A stretch of 63,961 bases of DNA, the filler included, from Candidatus Rokuibacteriota bacterium (lineage in GTDB: Bacteria; JAUVQV01; DATDCY01): assembly GCA_031406795.1 (NCBI GenBank). It is 8 parts of 8 records of this genome, joined end to end, with 100 filler letters (N's around TTAATTAATTAA, not from the genome) between each part and the next. Parts side by side here need not be neighbours in the genome. Positions count along the whole stretch, not along the records: positions 18,215 to 41,924 come from JANOHV010000051.1; 7 more parts are not named here. One strand, given 5' to 3'. Each line of letters begins with the position of its first letter. Position 1 is the first letter of the stretch. The notes beneath the pieces were generated by a model. That model did not search any database, was not told the DNA's origin, and was given only the letters and a program-made list of their open reading frames with translations. A program made the translations under genes and the position numbers. Shown one piece after another: positions 19,966 to 30,031 of the stretch.

Positions 19966-21120
19966 ATGAGCAAATCCTCCAACATGAAACTGGCGCTGTT
20001 CTGGCTCTTTCTCCTCGCGATCGTCGGCGGGGCCTGCGAAGGCATGGCCCGGCTGGCCCTGCGCATTTCGCTGCCGGGGTGGGAGAAGACCCGCCAGCTG
20101 ATGGCGGGGGAGGCGGTCCCCGATCCGCGCTACCAGATGAGCGTCTCGCAGGCGTACCTGCTGTACATTCCGTCGCCGAACTATTCGGACGCGGCGGGGG
20201 CACAGCACAACTCCCAGGGGTACCGGGGCAAGGCTGTCGAGTTCCGGCGCACCCCCGGGGTGGTGCGGGTCCTGTGCCTCGGCGGCTCGACGACCTACGG
20301 CTGGGGGACGCCGCGGGCCGAGGACGCCTACCCGGCGCAGCTCGAGCGGATCCTGGCGCAAGAGCTTCCGCCTGGGGTCAAGGGGATCGAGGTGATCAAC
20401 GGCGGTATCCCGTTCGGGACGACCGCTGAAAACCTGACGCACTATCACTTCAAGTTCCACTACTACCGCCCCGACATCGTCGTCGTCAATCCGGGGGGGA
20501 ACGACGCCGAGAGCATGGTCAACTACGACTACTACCACCCCGACTACAGCCACTACCGCCGGGCGCTGCAGCTGCCGCCGCCGCTGCCGCCGCTGGGGCG
20601 CCTGCTGATCAAATCGCGATTTGTCGCCATCCTGCTGATTCCGCTGGTTCACGGCGAGACCCCCGCCGCCGACGCCTTCGTCAAGAAGGACCGGCTCCCG
20701 CCGCTGGCGCAGTGGTACCCGCAGCCGCCGGGAGAGTCCCGTGAGGAACGCGCGCAGAACATTCCGGACGACGAGATCGCCTACAAGCACAACCTGGAGT
20801 CCCTGCTGGACGAAATCGAGAGCGACGGCGCGAAGGTGCTGCTGGTGCCGTTCCGGTTCGTCGACAACCAGGCGTATCGCCCGGACAAGGGCGGCCCGCA
20901 GGCGATCGAGCGCGAGGAGAAGCTGCTCTGGGATCTCGCGGCGAAGCGCAAGCTGCCGATCGCGCCGTTCCCGGCCTCAGTGATCTCCCCCGGCAACTGG
21001 ACGGACACCTGCCACTACAACGCGGAGGGGAACCGGGAGAAGGCCGCGCACGTGGCGCCGTTCGTCCGCGAGCTGCTGTTGAAACTCAACTCTGATCAAG
21101 GTGTGGTGCCCCGCATTTGA
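19966..21120 (+). CDS. SGNH/GDSL hydrolase with N-terminal TM anchor
   Basis: CLGGSTTYG, GGND and DTCH catalytic blocks; AAAGGA RBS. Confidence 0.82.
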   Translation: MSKSSNMKLALFWLFLLAIVGGACEGMARLALRISLPGWEKTRQLMAGEAVPDPRYQMSVSQAYLLYIPSPNYSDAAGAQHNSQGYRGKAVEFRRTPGVVRVLCLGGSTTYGWGTPRAEDAYPAQLERILAQELPPGVKGIEVINGGIPFGTTAENLTHYHFKFHYYRPDIVVVNPGGNDAESMVNYDYYHPDYSHYRRALQLPPPLPPLGRLLIKSRFVAILLIPLVHGETPAADAFVKKDRLPPLAQWYPQPPGESREERAQNIPDDEIAYKHNLESLLDEIESDGAKVLLVPFRFVDNQAYRPDKGGPQAIEREEKLLWDLAAKRKLPIAPFPASVISPGNWTDTCHYNAEGNREKAAHVAPFVRELLLKLNSDQGVVPRI

Positions 21121-21145
21121 AAAGTTACTGAGATACTCATGAAGG

Positions 21146-21210
21146 GCCGGCTGATCAAAAAGGTCCAGGTGCAAGGCAACGCCGCAGATGGGCCTTTTTC
21201 AGCGGCCTGC
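21146..21210. repeat. Short MITE-like repeat (GGCTG..AAAAAGGTCC ... GGGCCTTTTTCAGC family), copy 1
   Basis: Imperfect terminal inverted repeats and shared core AACGCCGCAGATGGGCC; other copies at 34831-34890 and 53526-53644. Confidence 0.8.
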
Positions 21211-21212
21211 GG

Positions 21213-21611
21213 CTACCAGAGCTTGGAGATATCCTCCGCCGTGTAGGCGTGGTCGCGCGCGTGCCAGTAGCTGCGGTCCGCGCCGGTGCGCTTCTTCAGA
21301 TGCAGGAAGTCCCCGCGGGTCATCCGGGCGAGCAGGGCGATCGGCGTCAGGAAGAGGTAGAAGATCGCCCCGAGGATGATCCGCGAGTTCACCGCGCCGA
21401 GCGCCCCGCCGAACTTGAGCCAGGCGCGCGCGATCAGCGCCCCGGCCGGCTTGACGAACAGGCCGAGCGCGAGCAGCAGCGACGCGGCGGCCAGGAACGC
21501 CTTCCCCGCCACCGGTCGGTGACGCATCAGGTGCCCGACGACCAGGCAGGCCAGCGCCAGCACCCCGATCGTCTCGAGGACCTTCTCCCGGGTCAGTTCT
21601 GTCTTCATCAT
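21213..21611 (-). CDS. SxtJ-family membrane protein
   Basis: AWLKFGGALGAVNSRIILGAIFYLFLTP and SYW motifs; next to a carbamoyltransferase. Confidence 0.8.
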   Translation of the reverse strand: MMKTELTREKVLETIGVLALACLVVGHLMRHRPVAGKAFLAAASLLLALGLFVKPAGALIARAWLKFGGALGAVNSRIILGAIFYLFLTPIALLARMTRGDFLHLKKRTGADRSYWHARDHAYTAEDISKLW

Positions 21612-21639
21612 AGACTTATCTTCCCCAATAATTGCGGTC

Positions 21640-21699
21640 GTAGGGGAGGGGTTAATCCCCTCCCGTTTGCTCTCGGGCGGGAATAAATCCCGCCCCTAC
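21640..21699. repeat. GTAG-family REP pair, copy 2
   Basis: GTAGGGGAGGGGTTAATCCCCTCCCG ... CGGGCGGGAATAAATCCCGCCCCTAC. Confidence 0.88.
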
Positions 21700-21708
21700 G
21701 AAGTAGAG

Positions 21709-21858
21709 TTAAAACAGCGTATAGATGAACGGCGCGATGGCCGAGCCGCTCGTCAGCACGATGAGCACCCCGAAGAGCATCAGCACGATCACCATCGGCA
21801 GCAGCCACCACTTCTTGCGTTCCTTCAGAAAACCCCAGAGATCACCGATTGCGGACAT
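21709..21858 (-). CDS. SxtK/DUF5989-like 49-aa membrane protein
   Basis: MSAIGDLWGFLKERKKWWLLP...SAIAPFIYTLF with AGGAGG RBS. Confidence 0.88.
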   Translation of the reverse strand: MSAIGDLWGFLKERKKWWLLPMVIVLMLFGVLIVLTSGSAIAPFIYTLF

Positions 21859-21866
21859 GTCCCCTC

Positions 21867-23726
21867 CTAATCCATCACGAGTGACTCGCGCCACTCCTTG
21901 TCCTCGGCCCACGCGGGCTGGTCCTTCTTCTCGAAGAGCCAGTCCCCGACGACCAGTGCGTCCATTTCCGTGCGCATGAAGCAGCGGTAGGCGTCCTCCG
22001 GCGTGCAGACGATCGGCTCGCCGCGCACGTTGAAGCTGGTGTTGACGACCAGCCCGTACCCGGTGCGCTGCCGGAACGCCTCGATCAGCCGCCAGTAGTC
22101 CGGGTTGGTTTCGCGGTGCACCGTCTGGATGCGCGCCGAGTAATCCAGGTGCGTCACCGCCGGGATGTCCGAGCGCTGGTGGTAGAGCTTTTCGCGCAGC
22201 GGCAGGGCAAAGTAGCCCGGCGGCAGCGGCCGGCGGTGGGCGGGCTGGACGTCCGCGATCAGCAGCATGTACGGCGAGGGCTCGTCCAGCTCGAAATAGT
22301 TCGCGCACTCTTCGGCGAGCACCGAGGGGGCGAACGGCCGGAAGCTCTCGCGGTACTTGATCTTGAGGTTGAGCTTCTTCTGGATCTCGGGGTTGCGCGG
22401 GTCGGCGACGATGCTCCGGCCGCCCAGCGCGCGCGGGCCCCACTCCATCCGGCCGCGCACCCAGCCGAGGATTTGGCCGCCGTCGAGCAGTTCGGCGGCG
22501 CGGGCGCACAGCGCGCCGAGATCCTCGAAGCGCCGCCCGACGGCGCGGTAGCGCCCGACCACGCGGCGGATGTCCGCCTCTTCGGGCTGCGGGCCGAGAT
22601 ACGAGCCGCGCATCCGGTCCGCGCCGTCGGTCGTGCGCGGGTTGCCGCGACCGATGTAGTGCGCGCACAGCGCCGCGCCGAGCGCCCCGCCGGCATCCCC
22701 GGCCGCGGGCTGGATCCAGAGGCGATCGACGATCCCGCTGCGCAGCAGCTTGCCGTTGGCGACGCAGTTCAGCGCGACGCCGCCGGCGAGGCAGAGGTTC
22801 GCCGACCCGGTGAGTTTCTTCGCCTCGGTCGCCATCGCGAGCACAACCCCCTCGGTGACCCGCTGGATCGCCAGCGCCAGGTCGCAGTGCTCCTGCCCCA
22901 TCTCGCTCTCCGCCTCGCGCCGGGGAAAGCCGAAGAGCCGCTCCCAGGCCGGTTCGTTGGCCATGCGCAGGCCGGCGGCGTAGTCGAAATAGGCCTGGTC
23001 GAGCCAGAGCGACCCGTCGGCGGCGATGTCGACCATCTTCGTCGCGATCGCCTCCTCGAAGCCGCGGGTGCGCGCGGAGTCCGGGTCGCCGTAGGGGGCG
23101 AGGCCCATCAGCTTGTACTCGCCGGAGTTGACCCGGAATCCGAGGTAGTAGGTGAACGCCGAGTAGAGCAACCCGACCGAGTGCGGGAAGCGCAGCTCGC
23201 GCAGGATCTCGATGCTGTTGCCGCGGCCGTGGCAGATCGACGCGGTCGCCCACTCGCCGACGCCGTCGATCGTCAGGATCGCCGCCTCCTCGAACGGGGA
23301 CGGGTAGAACGCGCTCGCGGCGTGCGAGAGATGGTGCTCGGGAAAGAGCAGCTTCACCTCCTCGACCTGGTGGCCGGCCAGCAGCGAGAGCTCCTGGAGC
23401 AGCAGCCGCTTGAGAAACAGTTTTTCCTTGATCCAGACCGGCATCGCGGCGAGAAAGGAGCGCAGGCCGCGGGGCGCGAACGCGTAGTAGGTCTCCAGCA
23501 GCCGTTCGAACTTGAGGAAGGGCTTGTCGTAGAAGGCGACCGCCTCCAGATCCTCGAAGGCGGTGCCCGAGGCCTCGAGACAGTACCGGATGGCGTTCGC
23601 GGGGAACGCCGGGTCGTGCTTGCGGCGCGTGAAGCGCTCTTCCTGCGCCGCCGCGACGATCTCGCCGGCGTCGAGGAGCGCTGCCGCGGAGTCGTGGTAG
23701 AAGGCTGAAATCCCGAGGATCTTCAT
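21867..23726 (-). CDS. NodU/CmcH-family O-carbamoyltransferase
   Basis: MKILGISAFYHDS, EHHLSHA, GEYKLMGLAPYG and NTSFNVRGEPIV motifs. Confidence 0.95.
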   Translation of the reverse strand: MKILGISAFYHDSAAALLDAGEIVAAAQEERFTRRKHDPAFPANAIRYCLEASGTAFEDLEAVAFYDKPFLKFERLLETYYAFAPRGLRSFLAAMPVWIKEKLFLKRLLLQELSLLAGHQVEEVKLLFPEHHLSHAASAFYPSPFEEAAILTIDGVGEWATASICHGRGNSIEILRELRFPHSVGLLYSAFTYYLGFRVNSGEYKLMGLAPYGDPDSARTRGFEEAIATKMVDIAADGSLWLDQAYFDYAAGLRMANEPAWERLFGFPRREAESEMGQEHCDLALAIQRVTEGVVLAMATEAKKLTGSANLCLAGGVALNCVANGKLLRSGIVDRLWIQPAAGDAGGALGAALCAHYIGRGNPRTTDGADRMRGSYLGPQPEEADIRRVVGRYRAVGRRFEDLGALCARAAELLDGGQILGWVRGRMEWGPRALGGRSIVADPRNPEIQKKLNLKIKYRESFRPFAPSVLAEECANYFELDEPSPYMLLIADVQPAHRRPLPPGYFALPLREKLYHQRSDIPAVTHLDYSARIQTVHRETNPDYWRLIEAFRQRTGYGLVVNTSFNVRGEPIVCTPEDAYRCFMRTEMDALVVGDWLFEKKDQPAWAEDKEWRESLVMD

Positions 23727-23743
23727 TGTGAACTCGCGTTCCT

Positions 23744-25279
23744 TCAGCAGCCGGGTTCGGGGTGTCCGGGCACGCCGTCGTTGACGCGTGCCCGCTGCGG
23801 CTCTCGGCCGACGAGGCGCAGCAGCTTGTGCTTGAACAGCACGAGCGCGAGAACCGTGATGCGCCACAAGTCGCCGGGGGAGCGGATGTTTCTCAGGACG
23901 GGGAGGATCTTGCTCCCGTAGCGGATCTTCTTCTTCGCCATGCCGAAACGCACCATCAGCTCGCAGATCTGCGACCACTTCAGCTTGTCGACATAGAGCG
24001 GGGCGTGCCCCTGCGCCGCGGGGAGCAGGATCACGCCGCGATGGCTGTCGGTCGACCAGGAGAAGTCGCGGGGGAGCTTGCCCTCGCGCCGCGCCCGCTC
24101 CTCGAGCGGCGTGCCGGGGTAGATGTGCGTGATCGCGACGCTCGTCTCGCAGCGCCCCTCGAGCTGCTCGAGGACCGCCATCGTCTGCTGCGCCTCCGCC
24201 CAGGTTTCGGTCGGGTGGCTGAAGATGAAGAAGGGGTTCGCGGTGATGCCCAGCTCCTTCGACCAGGAGACCACGTCGTAGGCCTGCTGCAGCGTCGCGC
24301 GCTTGGTGATGATCTCGCGCGAGATGCGCTCCGAGGCCGACTCGATCCCGAAGCCGACGTGGAAGAGGCCGGCGCGCACCATCTTCTCGAAGAGCGGCTC
24401 CTCGAGGATGTCGACGCGCACCTCGCAGAACCAGCTGATGTCGAGCCGGCGCTCGATGATCAGGTCGCAGATCGCCTCCGCGCGGGCGGGGTTGAAGTTG
24501 AACGTGTCGTCGTAGAACCAGATCACCCGCGCCCCGTAGCGCTCCTGCAGGTGCTCGATCTCGAGCAGCACGTTCTCGGGGGAGAGCGCGCGCACGCGCC
24601 GCCCCCAGTTCGCCGGGGTGGCGCAGAAGGTGCACGTGAACGGGCAGCCGCGGCTGGTCATCAGGTTGCCGCCGGGGAGCAGGCCCTTGCCGGGCACTTC
24701 CATCCGGAAGTTGTACTTCTCCCAGGGCTCGAGGTGCCGGGCGGGCATCGGCAGCAGGTTCAGGTCGGCGATCGGCTGGCGCCGCGCGTTGTGGCGCACC
24801 GTCCCGTCCTCGGCGCGCCAGGAGATGCCCTCGACCTTGCCGAGGTCCCCGCGCGCCGCGAGGCAGCGGACGAGTTCGCGCATCGTCTCCTCGCCTTCGC
24901 CGACGCAGACCGCGTCGACGGCTCTGACGTGCGCCAGAGTGTCCGCGGCGGCGTTCATCACGTGCGGGCCGCCGAGAACGGTGAAGACGCCGGGGTGGGC
25001 CGCCTTGGCGACCTGAGCGAGCCGGAAAGAGAGGAAGCGGTTTTCGGTGGTCGTGGTGACGCCGACGACGTCGGGGCGCTCGGTTTCGATCAGCCGGCCG
25101 ACGTCCTTCCAGTCGAGGCCGAGGACGTGGCAGGGCACGAGCCGGACATCGACGCCGTCGCGCTCGAGGACCGCGGCGATGTACGCGAGGCCGAGGGCCG
25201 GCATCATGCTGCCGCCGGACCAGCGCTCGGCGAAGTACCCGCCGGGGGGGACGAAGAGGAAGACCTTGGGGGCTGGCAT
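23744..25279 (-). CDS. Cobalamin-binding radical SAM protein (class B methyltransferase-like)
   Basis: LGLAYIAA, VLGGPH and GEGEET B12-domain motifs; SRGCPFTCTFC. Confidence 0.9.
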   Translation of the reverse strand: MPAPKVFLFVPPGGYFAERWSGGSMMPALGLAYIAAVLERDGVDVRLVPCHVLGLDWKDVGRLIETERPDVVGVTTTTENRFLSFRLAQVAKAAHPGVFTVLGGPHVMNAAADTLAHVRAVDAVCVGEGEETMRELVRCLAARGDLGKVEGISWRAEDGTVRHNARRQPIADLNLLPMPARHLEPWEKYNFRMEVPGKGLLPGGNLMTSRGCPFTCTFCATPANWGRRVRALSPENVLLEIEHLQERYGARVIWFYDDTFNFNPARAEAICDLIIERRLDISWFCEVRVDILEEPLFEKMVRAGLFHVGFGIESASERISREIITKRATLQQAYDVVSWSKELGITANPFFIFSHPTETWAEAQQTMAVLEQLEGRCETSVAITHIYPGTPLEERARREGKLPRDFSWSTDSHRGVILLPAAQGHAPLYVDKLKWSQICELMVRFGMAKKKIRYGSKILPVLRNIRSPGDLWRITVLALVLFKHKLLRLVGREPQRARVNDGVPGHPEPGC

Positions 25280-25417
25280 GGCGCGCATTCTACACGAACG
25301 GGGGCCTCAAAGGCTCAGGGAGCGGACAGGTTGCGCAAAAAGAGAAGACCACGCACCGCCGTGGCGATGCGTGGTCCGAATCTCCGCTCCGCGGTTTAAC
25401 CGCGCGGGCCTCGGCCG

Positions 25418-26026
25418 TTACCTGACTTCGTTCTCGCCCTTCGGCCAGACGATGTTGGTGTACACCGCGCCGTCCCAGCCCGGGCGAACTGACGGCGGGT
25501 AGCCGATCCCGACCGTGAAGGAGTCCGCGACCGCGCCGGGCTTCTCGAAGACGCTCCCGTTGATCGTGCTCCTCATGAAACCGTCATTGCCGGTCTTCCA
25601 CTCGAGGACGACGTTGTAAGTCTCGGTGCTCCGGAACTTGGTGCCGTGGTAGCTCTCGGATTCGATCTCCCCGTGCGAGCCGTAGTACTTCAACTTGTAG
25701 TTGCGCAGATCGCCCTGAAACCCGCCGGTGGTCCGGCCGCCGCCGTAGCCCTTGCCGTCATAGAAATAGATCAGCGGCTGGGAGTCCCGCTGGTCGTCCA
25801 TGTCGACGCCCGTGATGGTCAGGGAGATTTTTCCGTCGCCGCTCACTTTCCGGCCCATGTAGTCGCCCGGGGTCACCTTGAAGCTGGTGGTGCTCGTGCT
25901 TCCGGTGGTGTCGGTGACTTCACCGCAGCCGCCGATGGCCACGGTGAGCAGTGCCGCGGACAGGATCGCAGTGACGGTCGGGACGATTTTGACGGTTCTG
26001 AGCAATTTCAACGTTTTCCCCTCCAA
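25418..26026 (-). CDS. Hypothetical lipoprotein
   Basis: Hydrophobic leader ending IGGC; Gly/Thr-rich beta body; start uncertain. Confidence 0.6.
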   Translation of the reverse strand: MEGKTLKLLRTVKIVPTVTAILSAALLTVAIGGCGEVTDTTGSTSTTSFKVTPGDYMGRKVSGDGKISLTITGVDMDDQRDSQPLIYFYDGKGYGGGRTTGGFQGDLRNYKLKYYGSHGEIESESYHGTKFRSTETYNVVLEWKTGNDGFMRSTINGSVFEKPGAVADSFTVGIGYPPSVRPGWDGAVYTNIVWPKGENEVR

Positions 26027-26103
26027 AGTTGTTAGTTCACGTTAGCTCGTAAAGATAGGGCGTCCCGCCGAAAAGTCAAGTATTAAAATTCCGCTCGAAC
26101 ATA

Positions 26104-28002
26104 TTATTCCCCGGCGAAGCGCTGTTGCCAGAGTTCGAAGACCATCATCGACCAGAGCCGGTGGCTGTGGTTTTCGCGGCCCGCCAGGTGCTCGTCCACC
26201 AGCTTCCGCACTTCCGCCGGCTCGAACCAGCCGCGCCGCCGGACCCGCCCGGCGTCAAGCAGGTCCGTCATCAGCGGCCGCAACTCGCCCGTGAGCCAGT
26301 TCTTGATCGGAATGGAGAAGCCCTGCTTCTTCTTGGCCAGGATCTGCGGCGGCAGCAGCGGCGCCACGGCCTTCTTCAGCAGGTACTTGGTGGTCCGCCC
26401 CTTGAGCCGCAGGTGCGCGGGGAGCCGGAAGGCGAACTCGACGATCTTGTGGTCCAGCACCGGGACTCGGGCCTCGAGCGAGACCGCCATGCTCATCCGG
26501 TCGACCTTGGTCAGGATGTTTTCGGGGAGATAGGTCTTCAGGTCGACGTACTGCGCCGCGGTCAGCGCGTCGGGGAAGTGCTTCGCCCGCCCGTGCTCCA
26601 GGATGAAGCCCTCGGTTACGGACCCGCGCAAAGCCTCGCGCAAAGCCGGCGTGTAGAGCTGCCGCTTCTCCCGGGCGGCGAGAAACGTCATCCAGCGGGT
26701 GTGCATCAGCTCTGGCGGCAGCGCGGCGCCCTGCACGAAGCGCTTGGCGATGTTGATCGCGCCCTTTTTCTTCTTCGTCGGCGGGACCAGACCCAGGATT
26801 CCGGGCAGCAGGCGCTCGCGCAGGACCGCCGGCAGCGTCTCGAGTCGCCGCGCGAACCGGTCCGCGATGTAGGTGTCGTAGCCGGCGAACAGTTCGTCGC
26901 CGCCATCCCCTGAGAGCGCCACGGTGACGTGAGAGCGCGCCATCTTGGAGACCAGGTAGGTCGGGAAGATCGAAAAGTCGCCGAGCGGCTCGTCCAGAAA
27001 ACCCATCAGATGGTCCGTAAGCTCGGTGATCTGCGGCGTCAGAATGAACTCGTGGTGCTCCGTGCCGAACCGCTCGGCAACCAGCCGGGCGTAGGCCAGT
27101 TCGTCGTAGGACTGCTCCTTGAAGCCGATCGAGAAGGTCTTCACGGGGCGGTCCGAGAACTCGCTCATCAGGGCGACGACGGAGCTGGAGTCGATGCCGC
27201 CGCTCAGGAACGCCCCGAGGGGCACGTCGCTGACCATCTGGAGCCGCACGGATTCGCGCAGCAGTCCCAGCAGTTCGCGCGCATACTCCTCCTCGCCGAT
27301 GCGGTCCTTGCCGTCCGGCTCGGGTGCGACCGGAAAATCCCAGTAGGAACGGACTGTTGCGTCGCCATGCTGCCACACGAGCAGGTGCCCCGGCGGCAGT
27401 TTTCTGATCCGCTGGAAGATCGATGAGGGCGCCGGGATGTACTCGTAGGTCAGGTAGCGGTCGAGGGCCTCGCGGTCGATTTCGCGCGAAACGCCCCGGC
27501 AGGCGAGAAGGGACTTGATCTCCGAACCGAAGACGAGCTTCTCGTCGTCGAGGTACCAGTGCAGCGGTTTGATGCCGACCCAGTCGCGCACCAGCAGGAG
27601 TTTCTTCTCGCCGGCATCCCAGAGGGCGATCCCGAACATCCCCCGCAGGCGCTTCACGAACTCCTCGCCCCACTGCTCGTAGCCGTGGAGGATGACCTCG
27701 GTGTCGCTGTGGCTCTGGAACCGGTGACCCATGGCCTCCAGCTCGGTGCGGAGTTCCCGGAAGTTGTAGATCTCGCCGTTGAAGACCACCCAGAGCGTCC
27801 CGGCTTCGTTGCTCATCGGCTGGTGCCCGCCGGCGATGTCGATGATGCTGAGGCGGCGCATGCCGAGGCCGATGGGCTGTTCGACGTGGTAGCCGTCGTC
27901 GTCGGGTCCGCGGTGGCGGATGACGTCGCACATCCGCCGCAATTCGGACGGGTCGACGCGGTAGCCCACGCCGATTCCGAGGATTCCGGCTATGCCGCAC
28001 AT
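26104..28002 (-). CDS. asnB: Asparagine synthase-family glutamine amidotransferase
   Basis: MCGIAG, HRGPD, FNGEIYN, FLSGGIDSS and LSGDGGDELFAGY motifs. Confidence 0.95.
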   Translation of the reverse strand: MCGIAGILGIGVGYRVDPSELRRMCDVIRHRGPDDDGYHVEQPIGLGMRRLSIIDIAGGHQPMSNEAGTLWVVFNGEIYNFRELRTELEAMGHRFQSHSDTEVILHGYEQWGEEFVKRLRGMFGIALWDAGEKKLLLVRDWVGIKPLHWYLDDEKLVFGSEIKSLLACRGVSREIDREALDRYLTYEYIPAPSSIFQRIRKLPPGHLLVWQHGDATVRSYWDFPVAPEPDGKDRIGEEEYARELLGLLRESVRLQMVSDVPLGAFLSGGIDSSSVVALMSEFSDRPVKTFSIGFKEQSYDELAYARLVAERFGTEHHEFILTPQITELTDHLMGFLDEPLGDFSIFPTYLVSKMARSHVTVALSGDGGDELFAGYDTYIADRFARRLETLPAVLRERLLPGILGLVPPTKKKKGAINIAKRFVQGAALPPELMHTRWMTFLAAREKRQLYTPALREALRGSVTEGFILEHGRAKHFPDALTAAQYVDLKTYLPENILTKVDRMSMAVSLEARVPVLDHKIVEFAFRLPAHLRLKGRTTKYLLKKAVAPLLPPQILAKKKQGFSIPIKNWLTGELRPLMTDLLDAGRVRRRGWFEPAEVRKLVDEHLAGRENHSHRLWSMMVFELWQQRFAGE

Positions 28003-28076
28003 GGCTGTTTTTCCATTGAAATCTCGCCTTTTGTACTATGGTGCCCCGGGAAATGCAATGAGCGTTGGTCGTTGTG

Positions 28077-28253
28077 GGTAATCCTTCAGTGAAGCGCGGA
28101 AACTCTTTCCGTTCGTGGTGAGCCGTGAGCTTGACGAACGGTCGAACCATGAACGCAAATTTGTCCTATCTACAAGCGCCCTTCGACCGTTCGACAAGCT
28201 CACGGCTCAGGGCGAACGGTACTGATTTTGATACCCCTCACTGAAGGATTACC
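28077..28253. mobile_element. 177-bp MITE with perfect 16-bp terminal inverted repeats and 6-bp target-site duplication
   Basis: GGTAATCCTTCAGTGA (28077-92) / TCACTGAAGGATTACC (28238-53), flanked by GTTGTG at 28071-76 and 28254-59; internal about 40-bp inverted repeat. Confidence 0.9.
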
Positions 28254-28370
28254 GTTGTGGAGATCCTCGCTTCCCTTCCCGTGCCGGAGAAGCTCCGCTG
28301 GAGACCTCCCCTTCGCGCCACCCCTCCGCCGTACCGAGCCACCGAGAAGCGATCGGATATAATGGCTGTT

Positions 28371-29315
28371 ATGAATGGATGCTCAGTTCGTTCGTCCTGC
28401 GTGATCATCGCCACTCTGGCGATTGTTCTGACGATGGCCTGCGAGTCGGAGTCTGCGGGAGGCGGAGCCGTGGCGCAAGCCCCCGTCCCGAGCGCGATCC
28501 CGGCGTCGCTGCAGGGCCGGATCATATTCCAGTCCCGTATCGGGGATCGCTGGCAGATCGTCTTGCTCGATCTTGCCAAAGGCACGCGCAGGCAGCTTAC
28601 CCGCTCGGCGGGGGACAACAACCACCCGAGCTTCTCGCCCGGCGGTGACTGGATCGCCTTCGAGTCGACGCGCGACGGCGGCGAACCGGCCATCTACCGG
28701 ATGCGGGCGGACGGAAGCGACTCCGGAAGGCTCACCAAGGGGGCGGACCCGTGCCACAGCCCCTGCTGGCGGCCCGACGGCGCGGCGATCGCCTACGACA
28801 GCCCGCGAGGGCGGGACTATGAGATCTACGGCCTCGATCTCGCCAGCGGCCGGGAGTGGCAGATTACCCGGAGCATCTGGCGGAGCATCCTCCCGCACTG
28901 GTCCCCCGACGGCACGCGCATCGCCTTCACCCGGAACGAACTGGGGTGGGGGATCTACCGGATGAACGCGGACGGCTCCGGCGTCAAGGGTCTCGCGACG
29001 CAGGGAGGGAGCTGTCGACCCGACTGGTCGCCGGACGGGAGCCGGCTCGCCTATGTCTCCCACGTAGCCGACGGCAAGGGGGATGTCTGGACGATGGACC
29101 CGGACGGCGGCAACAAGGTGCGGGTGACGCTGGATTCCGCGAGCTACGACTACGATCCCGCCTGGTCCCCGGATGGGCGATGGATCGTCTACCAGTCGAC
29201 CACCGACAAGAAGCGCGGTCCGTGGCGGCTCTACGCGATTCCGGCGGCGGGCGGCGAACCGGTCAGACTCAGCCCCGACGGCGTGGACGACCGCTTCCCG
29301 GACTGGGCGCGCTAG
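28371..29315 (+). CDS. TolB-like beta-propeller (PD40) lipoprotein
   Basis: Repeated PxWSPDG motifs and a TMAC lipobox-like site. Confidence 0.85.
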   Translation: MNGCSVRSSCVIIATLAIVLTMACESESAGGGAVAQAPVPSAIPASLQGRIIFQSRIGDRWQIVLLDLAKGTRRQLTRSAGDNNHPSFSPGGDWIAFESTRDGGEPAIYRMRADGSDSGRLTKGADPCHSPCWRPDGAAIAYDSPRGRDYEIYGLDLASGREWQITRSIWRSILPHWSPDGTRIAFTRNELGWGIYRMNADGSGVKGLATQGGSCRPDWSPDGSRLAYVSHVADGKGDVWTMDPDGGNKVRVTLDSASYDYDPAWSPDGRWIVYQSTTDKKRGPWRLYAIPAAGGEPVRLSPDGVDDRFPDWAR

Positions 29316-29317
29316 CC

Positions 29318-30025
29318 GTGCGGGGCGGCCGGGGGCTGCTGGCCTGGGCGTGCGCGCTGGCGTTGCCGCTCGTCGGCTGCCGCGGGGATTCGCCGTCCGC
29401 GCCGCCGCCGCCGCGGCCTCCCGTCGTGTTGTGCGCCGGCGACAGCATCACCGCCGGCGGCTATCCCTGGTATCTGCAGCGCCGCCTGGACGAGGCGGGG
29501 TACCAGCTCAGGGTGATCGACGCCGGCGAGAAGGGGAACACCAGCGGCGAGTACCTGGGCTTTCTCCGGCGCTCGCGCACCGTGGAGCTGACCAACCCGC
29601 GCTGGGTCCTGCTGCAGCTGGGGACCAACGACGTGCGCAGCGATGGGGACGCGACCACCGTCGAGCGTTTCCGGGAGAACCTCGACGCCATCCTCGGTCT
29701 CGTGGCGGGCCACCGCAACCCGGACGGATCCTCACCCCGGGTGCTGCTGGCGACGATCCCTCCCGTCCCGGTGGAGATCGCCGGGCATTTCAACGCCGCA
29801 TCCCGCGCCAGGGTCGAAAACGAGATCAACCCGGCGATACGCGAAATCGCGGCGCGGCGCCAGGTGGCGCTCGTGGACAACCACCGGCTTTTCCACGCCC
29901 GCCCGGAGCTTCTGCCCGGCGTTCACCCGAACGAGAAGGGCTATCGCGCGCTGGCGGATGCCTGGTTCGATGCGCTCGCGCCGCTTCTCGGCGCGCCGGA
30001 TCGGCCCGGGCCGCCCGCGAACTGA
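29318..30025 (+). CDS. SGNH/GDSL lipoprotein
   Basis: LVGC lipobox; AGDSIT, LGTND and GVHPN motifs. Confidence 0.82.
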   Translation: MRGGRGLLAWACALALPLVGCRGDSPSAPPPPRPPVVLCAGDSITAGGYPWYLQRRLDEAGYQLRVIDAGEKGNTSGEYLGFLRRSRTVELTNPRWVLLQLGTNDVRSDGDATTVERFRENLDAILGLVAGHRNPDGSSPRVLLATIPPVPVEIAGHFNAASRARVENEINPAIREIAARRQVALVDNHRLFHARPELLPGVHPNEKGYRALADAWFDALAPLLGAPDRPGPPAN

Positions 30026-30031
30026 AGCGAC

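Noticed and set aside
21213-23726. Saxitoxin gene cluster
   Set aside because: Only the widespread sxtI/J/K-like trio is present; no sxtA or sxtG-like genes.
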